Source: Schmidtea polychroa (lineage: Eukaryota). From it: a stretch of 64,000 bases of DNA. Positions 12,986 to 25,651 of this stretch are shown in pieces; the stretch's first letter is position 1, and every line of letters begins with the position of its first letter. The notes beneath the pieces are model-generated. The model ran no database searches, was not told the DNA's origin, and saw only the letters and a list, made by a program, of their open reading frames with translations. The position numbers were made by a program, and so were the translations under genes. Location: assembly GCA_044892525.1 (NCBI GenBank), contig CM097885.1:44084001-44148000 (forward strand), in the 5' to 3' direction.

Positions 12986-14224
12986 ATGGAGAAATTAATT
13001 TAATTTTATTTTTGTGACATTTTGTGAGTGAAATTATTGATGGTTTCATTTAATCTTTTGCACTTCGTTAGCGACTATATGTCGCGACTTTTAATAAGCT
13101 CTAAAACTTATAAATAGTCATCGATTGTTGTTATTTTTGCTTAAATTAATTAATTTACTAATATATCTAGTGTTTTGAATGCACATTTGCATGATACTTT
13201 TTTATTTTTATTTTTTAATCAATTTTGTCATAAGTCTACCATTTTTGCTTGAAAAAAAAGAAAATCCAAGAGTTGAAAAGGTTAATACTAATTTTAAAAT
13301 AATTTTATTTATTTAAAATCAAGAGGATTAAAAATAAAATTTATTTGAAGTTTAAATAAAAAATAATAAATTCAAGGAATATTTATATTACATATGTTAT
13401 TTGAAATTTTATTAAAACATTAATAATATAAATAATTGTAGAAATAATATAAATGAATTTAATTTATTCCTTGCAGAAATAACAAAAAAAATATTTATAG
13501 CAAATTCATGTAAATATTTTAGTAAACTTATTTATAAAAAAATTAATTTAATTTAATTTGTTTATAAAGAGATTATATCATTTTTAACGTTACCCTTCAA
13601 AATAGCATACAATATAATAAGACAATTATAATTGTCAATAATATATATTAAAAAGAAATGGAGAATTTTTTATTAAAAATAAGTATTATGTTAAATTAAG
13701 CCAATTGCACATAAATGCTCTAAAATATCAGTATTAATTGTTTGAATTCACTGTTTAATTGTCACATATATTTTCTGTAATGCTTCTGGATGTATAAATC
13801 CTGCTCAAAAATGAGCCAAAAAAATTGACTTGATATTGCTTCTTTAAGGACTTTTACTGTAGAAGTTCTACATAAATTGTACAAAATTATTATGTCACTT
13901 CTGTTTTATACTATTTATATTCAATAAATTTTTCTTTTTAACATTATTATTATTTTTAATAAAAACTCTATTTTATTGATAATTATTATGCCACAGGATA
14001 TTATCACTGAATTATTAATTTAATATATTCTAAATTAAAATATATTTCAAATAAAAAATATTTTTAAAAATCATATAATTTCAATTTTGATGACATATTT
14101 TATTTGAAATTTTATTAAAACATTAATAATATAAATAATTGTAGAAATAATTAAATGAATTTAATTGGTTCTAAATATTATATTTAAAAAATATATAATT
14201 GAATTTATTTATTTGATTAAATTT

Positions 14225-15151
14225 ATGATGAATGTTACATCTAATATTTCATTAATTTTTTCTAGTTCAAAATGTATTATAAACCCGTTTGTTCGACCTT
14301 TACCTTACTGGTATCATTATGTTATTTATTTTCCTTTATTAATGGCTGGATTTTGTTTGAATCTCTTATTGTTGATTTGGTACAAACATTTCACAAAACA
14401 AATCCTTGGAAAAAGGGTTACTTATCAAATTATAATGAAAATATTAACTATAACTGATCTGTTGACGGCCCTCGCAGCAATTATTGAAATGACTTCGTTA
14501 TTATTTAACAACTCGGTTCATCAAATAGGAAAAGATTTGATACAATCTCTCAAATATACACTATACATATCAGAAATGTATATATTTGATATATTAGCAA
14601 TAGATCGACTACTCAGTATCATAAAGCCAATGGCGCGTTGGTGGAATAAATCAACAGTTTTGAAGTTATTCTTCGGATACATGATAGGGATCCATGTATT
14701 GGGAGAAGCAAGTTTTCGAATATACACTTTTATAAGTTTTGAATGCATTGTAACGTTGGTTCCAAGTTTGATTATTATTTATTATTATTTGGTCGCATTA
14801 ACGGTATTTTGTCTTTTTAATGTATTGGTTTATATAGGAATCGCTGCATTTTTCGGATTTCATACATTTAAACAAAAGAATATTAATGAAAGACAAAGAA
14901 TGAAATCAGTGGCAAAACTGACTTTGATATCTTTCGAAACAAGTTTTATTTACGTTCTTTGTCAGACACCTTCACTCATATTGGCATATTCCCCATTGTT
15001 TCCGATTAGTCGGACAGTGGCATACATTTCATTGTTGAATTGTGTACTTAATTTCTCGATATTTTCCGCGAATAATGCATTTATTAGACAGAAATTGCTA
15101 TTCTGGAGAGAAAAGGTCAATCCAACATCAAATATAACCACAATGATCTGA
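14225..15151 (+). CDS. Intronless rhodopsin-family (class A) 7TM GPCR, orphan, 308 aa
   Basis: Seven hydrophobic segments, N-terminal NVT and NIS sequons, TM2 TDLL, TM3 AIDRLLSI (DRY-like), TM6 LCQTP, TM7 NCVLNFSIF. First in-frame ATG at 14225. Confidence 0.85.
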   Translation: MMNVTSNISLIFSSSKCIINPFVRPLPYWYHYVIYFPLLMAGFCLNLLLLIWYKHFTKQILGKRVTYQIIMKILTITDLLTALAAIIEMTSLLFNNSVHQIGKDLIQSLKYTLYISEMYIFDILAIDRLLSIIKPMARWWNKSTVLKLFFGYMIGIHVLGEASFRIYTFISFECIVTLVPSLIIIYYYLVALTVFCLFNVLVYIGIAAFFGFHTFKQKNINERQRMKSVAKLTLISFETSFIYVLCQTPSLILAYSPLFPISRTVAYISLLNCVLNFSIFSANNAFIRQKLLFWREKVNPTSNITTMI

Positions 15152-15672
15152 GTGACATTATTAAACTTGCTTGGTGTTAGAGGAAAACATTTGACAAAAT
15201 CTTTCATAATAAAATTGTTAACTATTTACTCTCATTATTTCAATTTCATTTTACATTTCCATTTAGATCTTAATCAAATATTTGATCAAGGTAAATGAAG
15301 TTAAGCCTTCTGTACCTCGTTTATCAAATTTGCTCATATAAAAGTTTTTTTGTAATAATAAGCTTTTAAGTGATCAATATAGTGCCATATAGCTGAACTT
15401 TTTCATCCTGAATTGTTTTAATTATATTTCCACTTATGCAGAAGATGAAAGACATTTAAAAAGTTTTTTAAAAAAAAACATGTAATGAAATATTTAGTTA
15501 TAATATTTTTAATAATTAAAAGAGTCATCTTAATTAAAACAAATACATTTATGGTTTGCATATATTTTATAATACAAAATAAATTTCTAGTGTCACATAT
15601 TCAGTTTATCCCTGTATAAATAAATAAATTTTGTAGACAGATTATTCTATATGAATTTGATATATTTAATTA

Positions 15673-15883
<211 letters not shown>

Positions 15884-16418
15884 GTCAATCCTTAATAAAT
15901 AAATTCAATGTTAGTTTTTATATTATTTTGCAAATTAAATTTTATCGTTATTTAACGTATCATTGCACATATATGCATCACTTATTTTTTTCGACTATAA
16001 CTTAAAATTTACACATTGTTAAATATGTATTACGTACAGAATCATAAATAAGCCATTTTCTATCAGAGGAGGCCATGCCCGAAACCTAAATTGGATTTTT
16101 AAAATTATTTTTCCTGTATTCCTTGCATACATTTACATACATTTACATACTATAACTAAAAATAAAAAATTGTGTAGTGTAGGGTTAAAAGAATAAATTG
16201 AAAAGATTAGATTGTAAAATGATTTTTTTAAAAATATATAAATTTATTTATTGATTATTTAATATAATTATTGAAATTATATCGAATTTAATTTAAATTA
16301 ATCAAAAAATGACATAAAAGATGGAAGACTGGAGATCGAAGTTCTTAACCACATAAGAAGTGGGAAATGCAAGATGTTACAGTGCATGGTAGTAGACAGA
16401 TGTAAACACTCTAGAACA

Positions 16419-17060
16419 CAGGTTATCAAACTTTTTCTCTTTAGGGCCAAAATATTCAAGAATTAATCAAAATTATAATTTTCGGGCCACACGCCGGGTT
16501 TCAAAACGGAATAAGACATTGGGCATAAAATTTTTAAATAAAAAGTAATTTATAATATAAGTTGCATATATCATTTTAAAATAACCAACAGAAAATATTT
16601 TAAATTTTTAAACGTTTTAATAAAAATTACTGCAAATTTGAGTTGGATTTATGCAACTGCTTTTTATTTGATACTATATCATCAAAATTTGGCTCAAACG
16701 ATGTTGTGTCAATTCGGATCACAGACAACAAATGACTGTCACTTATTTTAGATCTTGTATTCGATTTATTTAAGTGCAAAATTTAAAATGTTTTTTTCGC
16801 AAATATATGTGCTTCCGAATAAAGAAGCCATACGATAAGCATGATTTAATACTTCTGGATATTCTTTCTCGATTGCCAATTTTTTATAAAACTCATTAAG
16901 CCCATTATCTAAGTAAAATCTTTTTAACTCACTGTTCTCTTGCAAATCAAATAACTCTAATTGTATATTTAGTCTTGCTGATGCAGGTTCGAAAGAAAAA
17001 GGATCATCAAACACAAATAAGTCGTTTTCATATCTTTTAAAATCTTGGAAACGCCTTATT
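16419..17060 (-). mobile_element. 3' end of a hAT Charlie/SPIN-like (GTF2IRD2-type) transposon
   Basis: QLELFDLQ...YPEV...A.RMASLFGSTYICE...RSKISDSHL dimerisation region; terminal CAGGTTATCAAACT is TIR-like. Confidence 0.8.
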
Positions 17061-17147
17061 TTTAATGTTGTTTCTGTGTGATAATGTTTGAAGTTTGAAA
17101 ATAAATTTCGATTGTACTAAACCAAGAGGTGGGAGATCCTTGTTTGT

Positions 17148-17951
17148 TTAGAAAAAAATAGTATGGCTTAGTAAAGTTTCAGGGTTGTCGATCGATAATA
17201 ATTTTTTGTCGTTAAAGGTGAGGGTGTAATCATGTGCCTTCAGGTCGAATTTTTTGATAATTTGTTTAAATAATGTTAAAAATTTAGTTTTAATATTTGA
17301 ACGATATTTAAACATTCGTTCGGGAAAGGCACCCAAAAACACCGCATTTATCCATAGAAAAAAATAGTATGCAATTACTTTTATTACTTTTGTCTTTTTC
17401 ATTCATCGCAGTGCTGTGAAAGAAACTCTGATCCGTCCGTGATGTGTACTGATTGGTATCAAATAGGGCATCGTGATGGAGGTCCCGTAAGTAGTTGTAA
17501 TCAGTTCGCAATAATTCATTATGTTTTAAAAGATTGTTTATATTATTCAAAATGTAAGTAACCATTCTTTTAGTTGACAAACTAACTTTGTAATTAGACA
17601 GACCGTTAATTTTATTGCATTTATCTATAAATTTGTTCGGGGGTAATTTTGTGTAAAAATTGGTAAGCAATGAAATTTTATCAGTTGAGCCTTTGCACAT
17701 CACATCTTGGTACTCGATTAAGGGGAGTTTTTTAATTTTATTTCTGTTATAGAATTAGTTAAAATAGTTCTTGTTATTCTAATAACAGTGTAAGACACTA
17801 AAGTAAATCCCTTGACAATATTTGCAACAATGTTTAAGTGTGAAGTTCGGCGTGATTGCTTTTTGTGAAATGTCAGATTTTTAATTATCCTTGATTGGAA
17901 GTGTCCAAATACATTATTAGACTGTGTGGATCGAGTATTAATTGTGACCAT
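17148..17951 (-). pseudogene. Fragmented unknown ORF with a possible C-terminal SUMO/ubiquitin-like domain
   Basis: Three consecutive minus-strand ORFs. The last ends KFLTLFKQIIKKFDLKAHDYTLTFNDKKLLSIDNPETL, resembling the SUMO-like F.FDG..l...dTP..L pattern. Confidence 0.3.
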
Positions 17952-18195
17952 TTAAATTAACTAAATATTCAATATTCAAATATTTATTATTATTCACAAT
18001 ATTCAAACAAGAGGATTATTTTACGCCAACAATATCTTGAAATTATAATATAATGATACTTGCATTTAAATTGTTAATTTATTATTTACATACCATACTT
18101 ATTAAATTTGAAATTAATTAATATACAATATTTACATTAGTTAATTAATTAAGTTAAATAATATGACTAATTTAACTTATTCCTTATCCCTTCCT

Positions 18196-21100
18196 CAGTG
18201 CGGATTTAGATTTTGGTGCGTGGGGGGCGAGAAAAATTTTCAGGATGCGCCACAAATTATGAAGATGGAACTACTTATTTTCGCGACTATTGAGTGAATA
18301 CTAATATTATTAAAAAGAATTATATTCAGTAAATTTATTCTAGTAAATTTATTGATGTAACAAACATACAAGTTTTTTTATTATTTAAATTGCTTCCTGT
18401 GTGATTTCATTGAAGCAAAACGATTTATAGTCCATTCAAAGTCAATGTTCTCAGCCAGTTCGCGTTCTATTGAAATTAATACTAATCCAGACAGACGTTC
18501 GTTTGTCATTGTTGATCGCAAATAATTTTTGATGATTTTCAGTCTACTGAAACTTCTTTCAGCAGTAGCAGATGTAACAGGAAGAGTCAAGTATATTTTA
18601 TAGAGAATTGCCAAATTGGGAAGTCCTGGTGCCATCTGTTTTTCAACCAAGAAAGGCAGCACCTCTTTAAGTTGTAGTTCACAAGATAGTAATGGGCGTA
18701 TTGATGCATACACGTATTTGAAAGTATCATATTCTAGGATTGCTTCTTCAATATTAATATCGTTTTTGTAAATGTCGCATAAATTTTGAAAAGATTCTTT
18801 ATTTTCTTCTGATATTTGTGATGGATCAAGACAGGAGAATAAAGCAACAGTCTTATGAAAATCATTAAAACTTTCATCTAGTTGTGTTACAAGTGTATCC
18901 AAGACAGTGAAATACGTTTCACATTTGAAGCGTGTAGTTGGATCATCAACCCTTACATCTCTGTTAAGTTCACCAGCCATGCGTTTCTTTTTTGTAACTC
19001 GCTTTTCTTTAAATTCTGTTTCAACATCTAGTAAGGAACAATTTTTGATAATAAATGATTTTACAGCAACATTTAGACTTTCAAAAGCTTTATCACTTCT
19101 CATATCAGCAAACTTATTTCTGGCAACATAAATCAATTGTTTTGCAAACGCAATATCAATGTCCTTTCGTTGCAAATAGTTTTATAACACAAAGATATTA
19201 TCTAACAGCTTTTGTAGAAATAGCATCAGAAAAACAAAAGAATATTTTGTTATCAAAATAGATAGTCCCATAGCTTCTGCTCTGACATTTCCTTTGTGTT
19301 CTTTTGATTCCCCAAAATTTATATCTTCTAGAGTAGATATAATGGCGGAGAATGATCCAACAACTGCATCAACTGCATGCTTTCGGCTTGCCCATCTTGT
19401 ATCAGAAAGTCGTTTTAGAGTATCTACTGTCGATTCATATCGAGACTTCTGATGTTCTTCGAGAATATGTAGTCGTGGTAGACTTGATGTAAGGAAAGTA
19501 TACAACTTTTCTGTTGTACCAAAAAACAACTAAACATCACTGTTAAGAGACATTGCTTCAATAGCCACCAAATTCAATGCATGAGAACAACAGTGAACAA
19601 AGATGGCATTTGGTGAAAGTGTCTTTATCTAGTTTTGAAGACCATTTTTAATCCCAGACATCACAGAGGCACCATCATATGCCTGTCCTCCACAAAGTGT
19701 AATGTCAATGTTTTGCTTTTGTAACTCCGTTAATAATATATCAGAAAATGCTGCAGCATTACTGTTTTCCAACGTGTAGAAGCCTATAAATCGTTCAACA
19801 ACTTGTCCTGATTTTAACACTAATCTTAAAGAAACTGACATCTGATCAACTCTGGATATATCAATTGTTGAATCAACAATTAGAGAAAAGAATTGTGCAG
19901 ACCTAACTTCATTATCAATATTTGCGGATAATTCTGAGGCAAGTGATTGAATTAGGTCATTTTGTACATCATGACATAAAGTTCATTTTTCTTTTCAAAC
20001 TTTAAATGATTGTCCAAAGTGGAATCATATTTAGCCAATAAAAATAGCAATTCACGAAAATTTCCAGTATTACTACACCTGTCAGAGCCAGAATGTTCTC
20101 TGTGTCCTCTAAATGGCAAACCTTGTTTTGCTAAAAACAACGTTGCATCTACCATTCGTTTCAAAACTTCTCTATTTTTTTCAACTTGATAACGCTTCTG
20201 ACTGATCAAACCAGATATCACAGTTTTATCATTTGAAATGCGATATTTAGCCAGCAAATATTGACATATTGCACTTTGATGTTGATTGGAAGTTTCATGT
20301 TTAACGATTTTTTCCATGCCTTTTTTCCAGTTATAAACTCCAAAATTTGGGTCGGACCATTCCTTGCTATAATTTTCAGTTTTACAATCAGCGAATAACC
20401 AGCAAGCTTGGCAATGCATTTTTTGATTTGTTGGTGAATAGACAAACCAAGTTCTTTCCTCCTTCATACTACCTTTTCCAAAAAATTTTGTGTACCAAGA
20501 AATTGAAACTTGCGCTCCAATTCATCTGTCGGAAATTGAAATGGTTCATTGAGTCCAGGTTGACATGGTCCGATTTCAAACAATTTTCGTATCAGTTTCG
20601 AGCTTATACTTGTATTAATGTAGAGTCCTGGATCTGTAGGAAAGTCGGATTGAGGAAGAAGTGGTTCTTGTAAAATATCTGAAGCAAGTTGTTTTTCCAC
20701 TGTATCAAATTCTGAATCACCCTGATTATGTTTCAAGCCCTGAGCAGGTAATGTTACCGTCTCAATATTCTCTGCACATGAATGTATAGCTGGGTGTTGT
20801 TAATCAACTACTTTCTCATCTTCAACAAGAACTTCAGATGATGTTTCTGTCTCAGCAGGCTCAGCACTGGAACTCGAACGCGTAGATGGGTGTTGATCAT
20901 CAAATACATGCTCATTTTAGCAGAAACTTCAGTTGATTGAATTACTGGCAGTTTAGACTGTTTAGTTATAAATGATGTTAACTTAATATATTTGCTAGCA
21001 TCTGCCTTGAGACTGGCTTCCTTTGCCAATTTACGCCTAGATGATCCACTTAATTTGGTAATTGCTTTGCTTTTATTAGTATCACCAGCTGACTCAGCCA

Positions 21101-21441
21101 TGGCTATAATTTAAATTTTATTTTAATTCAATATTGAATATTATTTTAATATTTCAATGGTAACGCAATAATTTGTTCGTCAAAAAAGTCCAAATTGACA
21201 ATAATTATTATGGTTAGATTTATGTACAAACACTATACAAGCTTAAAAACTTCAAACATTCGCTCTTCACTGGAGCTATGTAATATTATTAATATGATGC
21301 AGCATAACAGCTGGAGTTGCTTAAATCCAGTTGAACTTTGTACACAGACAAAACTGTAATAAGAGAAAAAATTCATAAAATTATCTTGGGGGAGGGGCGA
21401 GTCGCCCCCCCCCCCCACGCCTATAGCTAAATCCGCTACTG
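18196..21441 (-). mobile_element. Full-length hAT transposon (ZMYM1/DUF4371-type) with disrupted transposase
   Basis: TIRs CAGT-GCGGATTTAG / CTAAATCCGCTACTG and a perfect 8-bp TSD CCCTTCCT (18188-18195 and 21442-21449). Transposase pieces span 21101 to 18381 with LAKQGLPFRGH, GQAYDGA, TRWASR and TSATAERSFS. Confidence 0.97.
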
Positions 21442-21499
21442 CCCTTCCTTTAGAAGGTTTGAGCCATTCTACATTTTTGTTAGCATTTTAGCATTTGGC

Positions 21500-23130
21500 A
21501 TTCTTATTTCATAACTTCTTTCATGTCTTTTATTGGTACTCGTGGGTTTTCATGTCGATCATCTTCTTTAGCTTGTCTAATTAACACAATATCATCATTT
21601 TCATAATTTCTGTAAGTATTCTCGTTTGAACAAACTTGATCTAATCCAACTTGATTTTGTGGATCCAACCATTCGTGATATATATTTGTACCAAAAACAA
21701 TTTGTACAGGAGATTTATTAATTGATTTTTGAAATGTTGAGTTTAGTATAAATTCAACTTCTGGAAACAATTCAACCATATTTCTATGAAATTTATCTTA
21801 TCTTTAAATATCAATTTAATCACTAATTGTACGGAACTTTTTTAAACCCAGCATAGCATACTTTTTTGTGGTAATTTTGAAAAAAATCTTCTCTTTTTAC
21901 TTTAGGTATCTATATTTTATTGGTTACTGTTTATACTATTCCATTTTGTATTATAATGTTACCTATTTTCCTGTATTCTTTATTTTCGATAATATCTCCA
22001 ATTTCTTACACGCTCTTTTGCCAAATGTTTTTACTATCATCTATCATCAAAGCCAAAATTTTGGTTTTCAGTTTTCCAACTTTTGGGTTTGGGTGAATCA
22101 TTTGGCATTGTATGCGTGATGTGCACTCACTTCTTGACATGGCATTGGCATTAGAATGACTTTAACCTTTCTTGTATTGCAAATCAATGTATAAACTGCA
22201 AAGGTTGTAAAATGTTTTGAGTTGTAAAATGTTTTTAGGTTTTTATCATAAAAGTTATTGTCTTATGGTCTGTTCTCAATTTAAATCTTTTTCCATATAG
22301 ATAATGTTTAAAGTGATTAGTAAAATAATAAATTCCCAGCAATTCTTTACGTGTAATACAGTACCCAAGTTCATGTTTACTCATAGAATGTGATCCATTA
22401 AAAATAACTCTCCCATTGTCATCTTCGCGAAGTTGTGAAAGAACAGCCCCAATTCAATCAAAACTAGTTTAATCAAAACGGTTTAATGAAATCTGGATAT
22501 ACTAAAACTGGTGCTGAATAGAATTTATTCTTTAACTGTTGAAAATTATTTTCATATTTTTGAGTCCATATCAATTTATTTTTATTACTTTCACACAAGC
22601 TCTCTAATATTTTGGCATGTTTTGAGTAGTCTTAAATAAATTTTCGGTTGTAATTTGTAAGCTTCAAAAAAATTCGTAATATTTTAATATATTTTAGCTG
22701 ATCAAACTTTTTTATTGCTTGTACTGTTTCCGGATCGGTTTTAATGCCATCTTTGTTAATTATATGCCCTATAGACTTAACTTCATTTTTAAAGATTGAC
22801 ATTTTGACGAATTTATCTTCAAACCTGTTCCTCCAATTTTCTTAAATACTTTTTCTATGGATTTGTAATGCTCCTCTAACGTTTTTCAAAAAATTAATAT
22901 ATCATCTAGATATACAACCGCATTTATCCAATTAAATTCTCCCAATTCTTTATTCATTAATTTTTGAAATGCACCAATTGAGCTGCACCAATTCCAAACG
23001 GCATTCTACTAAACAATACTGTTTTGATTTGGTTGAAAAAGGTGTTTTCAGTTTGGAATCTTCTTCTAATTCTACTTGATAGTGTGCATTTCCTAAACAA
23101 TAGTGGAGAAAAACTTTGATCCATTTAAGA
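21500..23130 (-). pseudogene. Ty3/Gypsy pol remnant (RT, RNase H, integrase pieces)
   Basis: Minus-strand RMPFG, VYLDDILIF, YCITRKELLG, FKLRTDHK and LNSTFQKSINKSPVQIVFG; heavily frameshifted. Confidence 0.85.
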
Positions 23131-23431
23131 CATTTTAATGATGAGGTTTGTTTTTATTAAATTTTTTTATTAAATTTTTTGTATTAAAATTCTTTAAATT
23201 TTTTCCCTATTTTTTCTAAAATAAATTCGTGAATATCGCAAAAACATCGATATCTTTACTGATTCATAGTCAATTTTTTTAATAAATATAATAATTATAG
23301 TGATGTCCAATAATTAATGTTTATTAATTATATTAGTTTTAATAATACAAAGGACACGTTGGATTAGAAATTTAAATATACTTCATTTATTAATTGTTAT
23401 TTATTATTATGAGTTGTGAAGAAATTGTAAC

Positions 23432-23448
23432 TGGCGACCACGCCGAGA
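23432..23448 (+). promoter_or_regulatory. Primer-binding site, probably tRNA-Arg
   Basis: TGGCGACCACGCCGAGA immediately after the 5' LTR, complementary to a ...GUGGUCGCCA tRNA 3' end. Confidence 0.7.
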
Positions 23449-24352
23449 AAATCGAGCCGATTCACGTAGTGACAAGAAATCAACATAGAAAGATGGTTGA
23501 TTTGATGGCCGAAGCACGATAGAAGCAGAATCAGAAGAACTGATAGAACCATCATGCATAATGTTGAGAGAAAAAAAACCAAGAAGACCCTGTTGTTTAC
23601 ATTTCGTCAGTAGGGTCGAGACAGTAGATGAGTATAAAAAACGAAATGTTGTAACGAAGGATGTGATGTTTTAGAAAGAAGATGATAGTAAGTGGAGTAC
23701 GATGGAAATAAATGAATTTTATGTTGAAATGCTATGGGATTCAGGAGCTTCAATCAGTGTGATGAGTGAAAAATGTTGGAGATATTGGTAGTCCAACATT
23801 GATGGAAAGCACAGTACGGTTGAGTGGAGTATTTTCAAAAGAAGACGAGAAACCTCTCGGAAGCGTAAATATCGTTGCAAAATGTCGAGAATTGAATGTT
23901 ATTATTGTCAGAAAAATTCATCCAGATTTCATAGGAGGGGTAGACACCATGAGCATATTTGACATAATAATATTGATGCCGCATTGGTTAATAAAAAATT
24001 TACAGATTCTGATCGGTTAGAGTTGGCGTTATCGACGCTTAAGTTGGACAGAAATTCGAAGTTGGGTCATAAAAAAATAATAACACATGAAATAACGACT
24101 TCAGGTCCTCCGATTTACAGCCGGAACAAGGTAATTAATATGTCTTATAAAATGTCTTTTTTGGTTTTATGTATATTATGTAAATATTATGTGTATTATG
24201 TGTTTACTAATATTTTTGTAAAATTAACCATCCTCCCTTCCCTACCGAGCGTGGGAAAGTGCTGCTATGGGCCCCAGCACTCTTTTAAAGGGGGAAGCCA
24301 GGGGAACAGGGTAAAGAACAGAGCCGAGTCAAGGGTGAGGGCGAGCGGGGTG

Positions 24353-25651
24353 ATGGGTTTTGAGTTGCGATGGGAAAGTCAAATATTTGTCAAAACTCTT
24401 ACTGGTAAGACAATTTCTCTTAACGTTGAATGGAACGACACCATTGAAAAGATAAAAGGAAAAATCCAGGACAAAGAAGGAATTCCGGAAAATTGTCAAA
24501 TGTTAGTATACGCAGGAAAGCAGTTAGAAAATAAAAGAAGATTGAACGATTATAGGATACAAGTAGGGTCGACACTTCATTTGTCACTCAGGCTGTGCGG
24601 TGGCAATGACGAAGAGAGTTTAGAAGAAGAATTGTGGAAAAAGAGAATGAAAAAAGGAAAATTAACGAGATTGAGAAATAAGATTCTGAATGATATAAAG
24701 GATAAGGATGTTAGCAAATGGTTGGAGGAATATGAAGATCAAAAGGAGAGTCTAGATGAAGAATTAAGAGATCTAAGAACGATCAGTGAAAAATTGCATA
24801 GATTGGACATCACTGCAATCTTAGATAAAGACCTGCAGGAGATCGAGGAAAAACATCAAATAATTGGGGCATTGATGGAAAGAAAAGCAAATCAATTTTT
24901 TATAGAAAAGAAGGAAAAGGTGAATGATGATACCATCAAGAAGAATAATTCCGTGCATAAAAGAAAACTGGAAAGTCTACAGAAAATTACAATCCCTGTT
25001 TTTGAAGGCAAGATGAAAGAGTACGAACCATGGAAAGCAGCTTTTACGGCGTGTGTTGACAAAGCGGAAGGTGATGAGGTTGAAAAGATGTTTCACCTGC
25101 ACAAGTACCTTCACGGAGAGCCATTAAAGTTAATTGAAAATCTTGGATATTCGGCAGATGCTTATCAAATGGCAAAAGAGAAGTTGGATAGGCGATATGG
25201 TGGGGATGAAAGGATTTATTTATCAATGTTAGAGGAGATGGACCAGTTCAGGCCAATTCGAGAAGGAGATTTGAAGGATCTAGACTTATTTGTTGGATTA
25301 TTAGAAACAGTCATCGTGCGATTTAAATCCACTGGGAAAGAATCCGAGTTAAAGACTGGATATCTTTTTCAAAAGTGTTTGGGCAAGTTAACAACGAATC
25401 TTGTGTATAAATGGAAGAAAGAGAAAATAGAAAAGGAATTGCGGGAGACGATAGAGGATTTGAGAAGATGGATACAACAAGAAGCGGAGATCCTAAGGTC
25501 CACTAACGAGGTCGTGTATGGGACTCAATCAAGCACCAGGACTTATGATGGGTCAAGAGTAGAAGGTGTGTCTAGAGAAAGAGAAAGCTTCAATCCAGGA
25601 GGTTGGACGCATTTTACGGGGCAACCAGATGGCAGAGTTAAAAGTGAATAA
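24353..25651 (+). CDS. Ubiquitin-like domain fused in frame to BEL/Pao Gag (DUF1759-type capsid region)
   Basis: 24377-24604 encodes a 76-aa ubiquitin fold ending LRLCGG (53/76 identical to canonical ubiquitin by hand count). It is followed by a coiled coil and IPVFEG...YEPW..AF...[14 protein letters not shown]...AY..A..KLDRRYG. Confidence 0.88.
   Translation: MGFELRWESQIFVKTLTGKTISLNVEWNDTIEKIKGKIQDKEGIPENCQMLVYAGKQLENKRRLNDYRIQVGSTLHLSLRLCGGNDEESLEEELWKKRMKKGKLTRLRNKILNDIKDKDVSKWLEEYEDQKESLDEELRDLRTISEKLHRLDITAILDKDLQEIEEKHQIIGALMERKANQFFIEKKEKVNDDTIKKNNSVHKRKLESLQKITIPVFEGKMKEYEPWKAAFTACVDKAEGDEVEKMFHLHKYLHGEPLKLIENLGYSADAYQMAKEKLDRRYGGDERIYLSMLEEMDQFRPIREGDLKDLDLFVGLLETVIVRFKSTGKESELKTGYLFQKCLGKLTTNLVYKWKKEKIEKELRETIEDLRRWIQQEAEILRSTNEVVYGTQSSTRTYDGSRVEGVSRERESFNPGGWTHFTGQPDGRVKSE

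Noticed and set aside
18381..21101. Alternative genetic code or programmed recoding to explain broken ORFs
   Set aside because: RPS13, the GPCR and the gag read normally in the standard code, and the second hAT copy lacks the frameshift seen near 19975, indicating ordinary decay.
23984..24352. N-terminal 123 aa of the 555-aa ORF as part of the Ub-Gag protein
   Set aside because: It starts at a non-ATG codon in Gypsy pol remnant sequence and crosses the insertion junction; ATG 24353 is the more plausible start.
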